From NCBI GenBank assembly GCA_977016875.1, contig CDRNST010000227.1, positions 62,001-126,000 on the forward strand: a DNA stretch of 64,000 bases, read 5' to 3'. The DNA is from Pavona decussata (Eukaryota). The notes under the pieces are model-generated. The model ran no database searches. It had not been told where the DNA came from and was given only the letters and a program-made list of their open reading frames with translations. Positions within the stretch are counted from its first letter, which is position 1. The number at the start of each line of letters is the position of its first letter. Positions 35,974 through 47,900 of the stretch are shown one piece after another. The position numbers and the translations under genes are program-made.

Positions 35974-38900
35974 CTCAGCACAACCAATTAGTAGTCAGGT
36001 ACAAAAAGTCAACGACACGACCGATTTGGACCAACTTGGAATTTTCAAGAGTGGGTTTCTGTGCTACATGAAGTTCACACGACAGGGAGTTTTTACCAAG
36101 ATGAGTTTGTGATTTCCAGCAAACTTACCCGTGTCGCATTTTGGTGATGCAGACAGTGCAAGTTTTCTTCCTCTCAATCCAAAGACAGCCTTAACCTAAA
36201 ACAATAACAGCAATCCTTTCACTTCTATTGTCAAACATTGAATAGGTAGACGTGGCAACGCTTGAGTTTAAATGTGATATGATGGTCATGTGACCATAGT
36301 CCAATGAAAGCTTTTCAGCATCATTTACGATATTGCTGTTTGCTTGCCACCATTTCAACTGCTTCCGCTCATGAAAACCATAGAAGTGAATTTTTTTTTG
36401 GTGAACGGTAAATTTACACGAAACATTGGCACATTGTTGCACTTAAAAAAAACCCTTCCCTAACACCGAAAGCATTTTAACCCTGGGCTAGAATGTAAAT
36501 GAATTGTTGGTTTTATCAACTGAGATGATAAGGTAATTTAGTCGCCGTAAAGAAATTCGAGAGCTGACTTTTCAAACGTTAGCCCTACGTTTAGCTAACG
36601 CTTGAAACGTGAGCTCTCCAATCTCTTTACGGCGACCAAATTACCTTATCATCTCAGTTGATACATAAAACCAAGTATCCGTTTCCACTCCCCTACCGAC
36701 GCGGCATCATTGTTTCGTTCGATACTAACCCCCTTATACAAATGTAAATGGCTGGTTGAAAGAGACTAACCTCTTGTGTAAGCTGGTCCAAGGTAAGCAG
36801 GTACTCTCCCTGTGGGTTCTCTAACAGCACCGTCGCTTCATGTCCCTTGGTGCCTTGAGCTGGTTCAGCTCCACACAGCTTGACGTTTACAAACCGACAC
36901 ACGGGGGAGGTGGTGGGTTGTTTTTCAGCTGGGAGGGGAGACTTATCTGAAGCTTTTGTTGTTGTACTTACACCACTGATACCATTTGCCTGCCAGGAAA
37001 AAGGCTCATCAATAATATCAATTATTGAATAAATTACTTGCTATACTTTAATAAAAAGCGATTATTTTATCTGCAAATCTATATTCATTGCTATTAAAGG
37101 GACAGCTGGCGCCAAGAGGATTTACTGGGTATAGGGTTGATCAAAATCAACAGCTAATTAAAGCGGTATATTAGAGAGTTTCCGCCCAAACCATAGCTAC
37201 TGTGTATATCATAGAAACCTAACATCTATGGTTTGATTTTGTACAACAGCACTTATGACAGGAAACTCACGATTGGGGAAAATATGAAAACATAAAGTCC
37301 ACGAGGAAAATCAAGACAGAATATAAACGAACCTGATTTTCTTCCGCTGTAAAGACAGAGAATGGTTTTCCCGGAGAACAATCTTCTTGAATTCGCTTGT
37401 CTGCTTCACTGGAAGGTTTGATTTCAATGCTCACCAGCTAAAAAATTATTTTTCAAAAATACATCAAACATGGTGACCAAATTCATATCATTCCAGCCAC
37501 AACTAAAAAATACAATTACCACAAACTGGTAAACAAAATGTTTACCTCCAAGGCTTTGGAAAGGAAAGCCTTGTTTTCCTCAAACACTTGTCTTTCATCA
37601 AACGGTAGAGTAGTTTCCAGTGCTGATGGACCGTCACGCTCCACACATTCCTGTTAATAGAAACAAGTCGGCATGTAACCACAATGATAACGAAGAAGCA
37701 ATTTCTAAAAACACTTTAAATAGGCGCAGAGAGATTAAACCACCTTCAAGGCAGACAATCTATCGCGTGTATGCAACTTAAGCAGTTGCGAAAAGAAAGC
37801 CTAAAACAAAAATTCAGGCTTGAACGGAATTCGAACCCATGACCTCTACGATGCCGGTGCAGTGCTCTACCAACTGGGAGCTGGTCACAATTCACCAAAT
37901 AACAAGCTCCCAGTTGGTAGAGCACTGCACCGGTATCGCAGAGATCATGGGTTCGAATCCCGTTTAAACTGCGATGTGGTTTTCACGTTTTCATAATCTA
38001 TCACGTAGCGACATACTACTCCCCGTAACGGTAACGAAGACAAGCAAATTACAAACACAAATGCTAGAAAAACAAAACAAAACGAAAAAACAAGCAAGGC
38101 AGACAGAAACTATACTCTTTCATTATCGCTCAGGAGCAAATCGGCTCCTAAAATGGTACATTTTTTAACTTTTTGTTATTTGTTTGAACGTATCCAAATG
38201 CTCCTTAACAATTTTAATTTAATTTGCACTTATATTGCGTATGTTCCATATAAAGATGCTCACATAAGAATCGCGGATTGTGATCGATTCACTGTTTCAT
38301 TAGCCAAATTGCTGATCTCTGATCCTTCCTTCGTGACAAAGTTAGGTCCCCGATTTCAAAATATTTGTATGGTCCAATTCCTTCCAAGAACCCGGACATG
38401 TAATCCCACACCCCACCCCTGTGTACCCGGCACCCACCCCTCTGGTCCCTTATCTTACAGGAAATTTATCTATCACGTTCTCTTGATAGATATATACAAA
38501 GAACAAGCTTTAAAACTAGTTGCATTTATGCAGTTATGACAGTTGACTGTACGTTCCTATGTGCTTGGTTTGCCATCTTATTTCAATATTCACGGTGCTG
38601 CTTGAATCAAACACACAACAAGTTCGTTAAGATACCTTCACGTGCTGTACAAATGGCATAAGCTTCTTCATGGCGCTTTTGACTTCCGGTACTGTTTTCA
38701 TCCGGTTCATTATGTCTCTGTTATCGGGGAAATTTCCACCCAGTTGATTGTACATCTCCTTGAGTGTGTTTAGCGTGGCATGCTGCCATGGGGGATAACT
38801 GCTGGCCACATAGATGATTGCATGGGTTGGTTTTGCAGGGGGGCCTGCATCTTTCTGTAAGAAGAAAACAGCAGAACGTTACGTAAATAACATCGCAGCC

Positions 38901-41900
38901 TGATTATAGTTTTATGGCAACGACAGTAGTTACCTTTTTCCCCTTGGGATTCATCATTGCCTTGATTCGCACGCGGAAGTCATGCGCACGCGCTGTTAAG
39001 TAATCAGCTGACTTCAACAGCGGCTGGTCAACCGTCCCTGCTACTGGCCACGGGGCATCCATGATACTTCCACTCTACAATGAACAAGAACAATAAATCA
39101 GCACAGTAATACCAAGCTGAACGTGTTGTGAGACTCAATATGACATACCTTTCCGATCAGCTCCCATATGTGCTCAGCGAGGTGAGGGCAGATGGGGCAA
39201 AGTAACAGCGTTTGGACCTGAAAACACAGTAATATCAAACACATTTAACCGACTGCACGGCATCAGACTCCTCAGCCACTGACCAAAAACCATTGCAGTT
39301 TCGGGGCTACAAAAAAGACTACAGTTGTGTAGGAAATTGAAATGAACCTCAAATTATCATGCTCCTAGAGCCCTCACTCTTCTCTGCTGCTGCCTGATTG
39401 GTTGACCGACAACAACAGCTTGCTTCTGCCGCAAAGAAACGTTTATTCGCGTCCGACATCTGTCTTCCGTTCACAGAAATGAAAGATTAAGATGATGATG
39501 ATGATGACGATGATGATGATAAAAACTTTATTTAGGTGCAAGCCTTGTAGTCTGGGACAACACCCATACTAATTAGGGGACAGAACTTAAAACTAACTAA
39601 TAATAATGATAGCCTTAGCAATACTGTATAGGTGTGTGGAAATGTCATGCAGTTACAAAAATAAAATCTAAAATCTAAAATCAGGGCACAGTCGGTCTCC
39701 CCGGTTTTAACCAACGGCCCGTACACGTTTGTTAGGCGTCCCCAGGCTAAAACATTGTGAGGTTTATGGGGAAAGGGAATTAAGCCAGCGAATTTAACAT
39801 TTTTCTCAATGAGAATAAAAATGGTTCAAAACTTGAATGATAAAAAGTCAGGGGAGAAAAAAATTGCACCATGATGGACCCCACGGCACCTTACCTCAAT
39901 GAACCTAAACACCAGATCCTTATGCATGCCCGCCAAACAGCCCTCCCTGTATCGGTCCCTGGCCGCTTGCAGTTCGTAGAAGCCAGTCTTGAGAGCCTCT
40001 CGGTACATCATGTTCTTATAGTTGGCATCTGTCTCTTCGATGGCTTTGTTGATAGGACTGCAAAAAAAGGTTTGGTGAGTTTGGTGCGCGGATCAATTAA
40101 AACATTCGAAGTTCCGTTGAATATCCATGAAGTATTTCTTTGTATCCCTGTAGTATTATATAATAATTTCTCAGATTTGTATCCGTATCACGTCATTTGT
40201 AATTTGCTAACTATGTTTTGTCTCAAATTTGTATCTGCATCACGTTATTCACAATTAGCTATGATTTCTACAATTTATAATTAGTACTTCCTTATTATCT
40301 GCTTTATATATAGTCACAAATTTGTAAACATCCTTGAACTGAAGTACCCGAAACATGTCTTCTGAACTAAAACGTTGTGTCGTTGTTTTGAAGAAATGTT
40401 TAATATCTGTTCCACAGCGACAACAATTCTGTAAATTAAAAATGCAATAGAGCTTAGGCAAAAATGGCTGATATTTTAATATTCTTTTGTATTCTAACTG
40501 GCCCTACTAGCCACGTTCAAGTTAAAATATTCTTTTGAGTTTTGAACTCAAGAACAAGGTTAGAACAAGGTTAAATTCTATTTAGCCTCTCAAGCAGTCC
40601 TTTTTGAGGGAACTTGCATTACCCGTTTGTTGCAAAGAGGTAATCCTAAAAGCAACTGCTTGGGAGGTTGAAGAATATGGAAATGTCAACCATTTTTGCA
40701 TAGGGTCTATGGACCGTTGAAAAAATCCTCTCTTACTTGATACGCCATAGGCAGCCACCCCTACACCATTTGTTAGAACCCACTAACAAAAGTTTTGCTC
40801 GAAATGTTGAAAACAGTAATTTTATAGATTTTCAATTTAGAAAACTGTTAAAACATAATAAGGACGCCACTGTCAAAAAAACTGTTCACCTCAAGATATG
40901 TGTTCGCCTGTCCAAGTTCTTGTAAAAAGACACTTTAATGGAATAAATTGATACACAAATTGAAGAACTGAAAACATTCTTACCTTTCAAAAACACGATC
41001 ATCAAAAGAGTTTGTTGGCCCAGTGCGAAGTGAATCTTTGCAGGAAATCATTTCCTAAGGTTTAAAAGGAAGTCATGAACATCGATAATGTATTCCCTGA
41101 CTCATTGTCTCATTGGTCCATTTCATGTCACGCGAAAACAAGGTATCGAATAATTTCATTTTACTACTCCCTTTTGTTAGTACACAGTTATGCCACTGTG
41201 CGGACACATTCAACCTGCGCATCATGTTAATGTTAAAGGTTGGATTATGAATGTGCCGCAGTTCCTGTCTGGAAGCACACAATATTTGTTTCCTAAACTG
41301 TGCAACTCGAGGTATACAACGTGTCTTTTTTTTTTTTTTTTTTTTTATTCTGACCTTCGTCCATTCAAGAAACGTGAAAAGACGCAGAATTCCGGCGTCT
41401 GCCATCTTTTCAACAAAGTTCGCATCTTCCATAGTGTCACCAGCGTCAGCTAGGGCCAAGCGCATACCTGAGAACAGAGGAAAACATCATCATTGAAAGG
41501 ACAAACGAGCAAGTGACAAATATTAGTACCATCCACCCCTCGCCCCTGTGGTGTTTAAGCCACATTGCTCACCGGATGGCCTGGAGTGTTTTGATAACAC
41601 TAAATCGAAAAAAATGCATTTACTTACGCTATTGTTCATTAAGGTTACAGTTATGTTAGATATTTACCGTCTGCAGAGAATTTGTTCACAGCCTGATGCA
41701 AGGTGAGAAAGTTCCCAGTCGATTTTGACATCTAAAATAAAACAAAACCATCAAACAAATGTCGGTATAATGGTCCATTCTGAGGTAAAGCCACCACTAC
41801 AAAGAAAAACAAACTCCCATGGATTTCGCATTTCTCGTTAGCAGTGATTGACTGACTTAAGGACGGTGCCTACTTTTGTTACTGCGCATCTCGAGATAAT

Positions 41901-44900
41901 CGGGTTTCCTATGGGTGGTGCCCAATGCACGGTTTAAAACTATGCGGAGAAAGCAGAACTTAGCAAGTGCTCTTGGTATCCAATGGGAAAATTGGGGATA
42001 ACCATGCATTTTTCAGAGACAATTAATTTTCAATTTGGAAAAAAATGCCATATATTGGTTTGTATTTTAGCGCTTTTTAGAATTATTGCTGCTTGATTAT
42101 CTCCAAAAAATGCGTGGTCACCCCCAATTTTCTTTTTGGATTTCAACAGCCCTTGCTAAGATCTGCTTTTCCCGCATAGTCATAAACTGCGCAAAAATAC
42201 CTCGGTATTAGTAGGCACCGTCCTTAAGTTATCACAACGATACTCTACTTCTGCATTTGGAAAGCGAAAGAACGTTAACACCCGTGAGGGAAAAATAATA
42301 TCAAAAGATTAACATAATCATATTTATTGGAAGGAGGTATTTATCTACTTCTTATTTCATGAATCACACATTTTCTTTTGTTATTCAACATCCTTTATTT
42401 AACTTACATCCTTCATGAATATTAAACTAACTGAAACGAGGGATTTATACAGATAAATCCCTCATTTACATTAGCAGTACTGCGAGAAACGCACACATCA
42501 GGTTGCTTCTATTGTTCTCCGTTTCTCACCTAAGTGTGACGGTACCTCGGGATGTATATGGATTAATACCTCCGTTCTCGGTATTTACCTCTTACTTACA
42601 ATAGCGTGATGTAGTTACCTTTTCAGAGTTGAGTAGCAAGTGTCCGTTAGCTCTCACGCTTCGTGGCCACCTGCAGTTGAATTAAAAAGCAAATGAATAT
42701 GTTCTCCTGTCCTGGGCCCGGTTGGTTGCATAAAGCATACTTAGATAAGCGCAACCATTTTTTGCGTTCCGAAGGGTTTTCTCGAACGCCGCCATATTAA
42801 ATCACTCGGCTGGCTCACTGAGGATAGGGAACACAGAGAGAGTGCGAGAAAATCCTTTGGAAGACTGGGAAGGACTGCAGAATACAGGTCCTGAACTTAA
42901 ATTAAACTTCTTTACTCTCCTCATCCACAAATGGATATCTACCGCGCCCAGGTCTACTCCCATCTAGACTGGAGAAAGGCCCTTTGGGAAGCTACCGTGT
43001 TTCGTTGAATAAACGCCCCTTTTGACTTAACATTGGGCTTTGAACTGTAGGGGTGCCGTGCACAATATCACTCACTCGCTCACTCATTCTTATTATCGCC
43101 CCCCGGTGCAGCATAAAGCCGCAACTAGTCACAATACTCCAATAGTTATTAAGACTCACTTGTCTTTCTCTTTTGGCCACACGGCACAGTGATTGTAGAG
43201 GAAATACGTCAGGTGATTAGGCACCAGGTCCTTTCCAGATACACGGACGTCGACTGGGTACCAGTACTGGAACTCTTGACGCAGTTTGCTAACAGAAAAT
43301 AATTTGACTGAGTTAATGAGGTTCAGGACCAACGTTACTAAAAGACAACGTGAACGCGTTTCATCTACGCCTTTGCAATGCCAGGGAAAATATTAAGAGG
43401 ATTTACAACACAGATGAATGCAGTGATAGAAAATATAAATTATGTATAATGTTTTCCTCTCAGCCTTGGTAAGCAATTTGACAGGAAAACTGGTAGAGTG
43501 GATATGTGAAAACACAATTTCCCACAGCTCGGGTACATTGCCGACGTCACTGATCGCAAAGAGTTATAGATTGTGGTAAGTGAAAGCAACAGCAACAATA
43601 TTTTCAGTTTTAATGCAACAAAAGGCAATATTTTAAATTAAAAAATTAATAATCCACCCGACACCAAGTTCGTTTTGACTCAATTTGCATGTGAGCAACA
43701 ATTTTATTAAAACCGTGTGAGGTAAATAACCCACCAAGGTAGTCAGGATATCACAGCTCCGAGGCGTAAAATTACACCAAGCACATTTCAGATTAACGCA
43801 CTGCCTACTTTAAATTTGCCCTTGTGATAAAGAGACAAGCGCGCAGCAACACTTCTTATATTTTGAACGCTTATTTCCTTACAACTTGAACATTCTATGG
43901 CCGCAAGGTGTTATCATCATTTACGAAAACAAAAATGTTATTAACTTTTACTTTAGTAAGCGACTTCGTTGGCGCATCAAACGACTTCAAAGGCTGACTA
44001 TTGTCCTGATTGTTATCAGCCTCCTATGAAGTTAAATATCTCGAGTAATATGCACATGGCCGCAAAGTAACTGTTTAGATTTGAGTGCTGTTTTATTAGA
44101 ATTGAACTCTACTACTATCCATCATTCAACATCAAAATCAGACTCTCCTCAAAAGATGAAATACGTGCTGTTGCAATAACATTGCTAAAATAAACAACAG
44201 AATGAGAAAATTAAACTAATCACTGGCATGCTTTCCTTTGTTTTACGTTCATGAGTTACTCATGATAAACTCTTGTCGAATAGTTTCAACATCGCCATCT
44301 TGAACTGATGTTGAGAATGAAACTAAAAATGCTTCCGTATTTATTAGTCAGGACTTAAACTACGCATTGCTATTTATTTATTTCCACGCATCCAGAACAA
44401 ATATACAAGGTAGGAAAACAAACGCTCTTTTGGGCGTCGAGTCGACAACAATACAAATTTGAAACTAGTTACCCGTAAGAAAATGAGGGCACATTTTTAC
44501 TCGCAAAAAAATGGCAAATAAACAATATTACCTTCTCTGCCAGAGATTTGAATGTGCACGGTGATATTCATTGAATTTGTTTGAACAAGTACAACAAGGT
44601 ATCAAAAATGCAATTAGAAAACGCTTCTGTTTGTAGTTTTTGTAGTTTGTTAGAAGTTCGGTCCCATTGTAAAAAGTAAACCGATCACCAGAATAACAAA
44701 CACAGACTTGATAATGAATTTGCGCTTCCTTGGAACCAGCTGAAGTGCTTCAAAAAAGAACACTGAAAACGCGGTAAAGTGGCAGCTCGCATGCATTTCC
44801 AATGTCACTGGATCTTATACAGCAGCTGTGAAACCTTATGATAGACGCTGAGTCGCCCAAAAACCAAGGAACCTTGTTTTTTCGACACTTGGTATCTGCG

Positions 44901-47900
44901 ATTGAAGTGTGCCGCCGAAAAGAACGAGGTGTCGTTTAACAGAGATAGAATTGAATTACATAAAAATTACCTTTGCAACTGGGGTCACATAGCCTATTTT
45001 TCACTTAGGTTTTGGTTGTCAAATTTTCGGCTTCGTGTTAATTAGCAAGTACGAAAAAGAGACACAGCGTCACACGTTTGATGACCTTGACGTTAAAGAA
45101 CTGATTTCCATAAGAGTTTGAAGTTTTAAAAACATTTGAAGAACGCAAACTGTCCTGGAACTTTTTCAATACAAATCCATTTTAAACATTCAAACCGCCA
45201 TTGAAACTCAAGTGAATTTTTTTTTTTCGCAATTTGCCGTATGCTCTTGCCATCTTCAATTCCGCTTTATCACAGTTAACTGAAACGTAGTTGGCATGGT
45301 GCCCTAGCTGCAAAGGGTCACGTTTGGTCTCACGGGGACAAATTAAGAGTCGTCATACACTGAGTGACTAAGCGCTGAAACAACTGAATATTTCCTGGGA
45401 GAATTTATCGACAAACTTGTAGCTCCAATCGAACCAATTTTCTAAAAAACTACAAGCAGCTTAAGGAATAGAGGGGGGTACTTTGGAACAACTTAACCTA
45501 CTATCAAACACAAGCACAGCCACCAAATGATTTCAGTAATAAACTATTCTCTTCAAGCCAATGATTTATTGCAATGATCTACTGCAAAAAATGAAACAAG
45601 CCATTCAAGTCAAGTACGTTACTATTTTTGCGTCACATTTAATGTTAGGCAGGATTTTAAAATAGGTATCACCTTTACTGATGAAAGTATAAAATCTTCA
45701 GCAAACCTTTACGCCTAAGGTTACGGCTAAGACGCAAAGTAAGCGATTTACTGGGCTTCAGGGTGGTTTAACAGGTACACATTTCGGAACCGTATTCTCG
45801 TGGATAAAAGGGATTTAAAAAAATCCCATTCCCAGTCTGTTTTGATTAGAAATTTGCCCTCCGATGTTCAGTTTAATGGTCTTTAATGGTAGTTCTGTCG
45901 CCATGATAACTGAACTGATTTAGTCAGTCGCGAGAAGAACAATTAAAAACTCGTTTGACGAAAGGTAATGTCTTTTGCTAGCAAGAAATCGAATGGTGCG
46001 ATAAAGGTGACCCTGTTTTTAATAACCGCAGCAAGCAAATAGTATTTAAATATGCCTGGAGATTTTTAATAACTTTGCACAAGATAGCAATACACAAGTT
46101 ATGAAAAAAAAAACGTTATTAACTTTAAACGATCTCGTTGACGCATCAGTTGAGTTCAAAGGCTGATTATCATTGCCATCAGTGCAAGACAAGCATGGTT
46201 ATTTAAAATGAAAGGAAATATTCAACACATTAACAAACAATAACAATTTCCTGAAAAAAAGCACCGACTCCCTGAAGTCACGAATTTCCATAGTAATAAA
46301 TGAAAATACATCCTTAAGTAAACATAAAAAAGGTTTATATGTTTTACAAAATGAGTATTGGGCAGACTCATCTCAATTGAAAGAATTCTACTTCTTTACT
46401 ACAGTGCCGATATTTCGCCTCCCTTGTTGTCGGTGAGTATGTTAATCATCTCTCTTGTGTGACTGTGTTAGGACAAAGCAGTCTTTCGTGATAGGATATC
46501 ATATAGTTTCGCGGTTCTTTGCTTGTATTGTCTCCATGTTATTCTAATTTCTGTAAGGTGTTTTGTCGCAGCAACCATTTTCCTCTTTCGCCTTGTCGTA
46601 ACAGTGTAATTAGACATTAATGCTACCTCTAATACAAAAGAAGAGAATGATAACTAGAGGGAGACTTCCGCAAAAAACTACATCAAACTGAACCCCGTAG
46701 CTACCATAAAAGGAAAAAGGAAGCAAAAACAAAATGCTGGCCAGAACGGTTGTTCATTTCAGTTAAGCTGTTCACAGGTAAGATACCTTGTAGGAAAAAC
46801 GACAAGGCACTCAAATTTATAGGAAAACACTTCGTTTTGAATAGAGGTCTTGAGTGTAAACGTAAGTTTGGTTACTGAAAAGGTAAGTTAACAGCTGATT
46901 TATATCCCACTTTAAAAGGAATTAAATCGGAGCGCGACACTAAAGTAAAATGTACATATTGACGGCTATCAGGCAGAAGAATAAGGCAAGATTTAACAGA
47001 TGGCTAATGAACAACAAACGGTGCCTGAAAATGACAGAAAAAGTAGCAAACAGGAATAACTGTGAGAATGAAATCAAATTAATCATGCGTATAGTGAAAA
47101 TCAGAATGACTCAGTTTGATGCAGGTCTTTTCCGCTGGTGGGAAACAAGCTGAGAGGAGCGTTCTTCACACTACCAAAGGAAAGGAAAGGGCAAAAAGGA
47201 GAAAAATGTTTTAATATTCTAAACAAAATTATGCAAACGTTTTGATGTGAATGAGCAAAAATGGTAAAAAACGAACGTTTTGACGCAAAAAGGAGCGCTT
47301 TACGTATGAGACGTCTCAATGAAAGAGCTTCTAAACAAATTTTAATATTTTTCCACTTCGGCACATCTAAAACCCTTCCAGGTGAATAAAATGTTCATTT
47401 ACTGACCGACGTCAGGAACGAAAATGCTCTTGCATTGTTTTCCAGTTTATTTTTAAAAAAGAACTGAGACAGCTTTCTGTGTTTTTATAAAATTATGGAA
47501 AACGCCGGACTGAATGTTTGAATGAAATGCTGCGAGAACAAAGAAATTAAGGCTTTCACTTTTGTAAATAAAAAAAGTGCTCCAAGCAATTTCCTTTGTT
47601 TTTTCAAAGTAATAGTAAATGGCAACAACGACAAGTGAATTGTTTGGATTATTTTTATATACACTGCTGAAAGTACTGTAAAACAACCCAGCAATCTTTC
47701 TGAAACAATCATCCCTTCGCTATACGACAAACTGGAGCCGAGTGTTAATTTTTCAGGTTTATATAATGAACCCAAATACAGGTACTAAATTTCCACTGGC
47801 TCTTGTTTTTTGTCCATCTGACGCTTTAGTGGTGTATTGTTGATGTTTTAATAACGTACATGGCGCTAAATTGCTGACTGTGTTTCAAAGAAGGTACTTT

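Noticed and set aside
36060-36128. Read-through of the penultimate LARS exon as the true C-terminus (GKFAGNHKL...VNFM*)
   Set aside because: A strong G|gtaagt donor and a downstream in-phase exon that completes the domain and has a polyA signal are more convincing; a minor isoform is not excluded.
38626-38635. GTATCT donor as a U12-type intron
   Set aside because: Deviates from GTATCCTT and no U12 branch point was seen.
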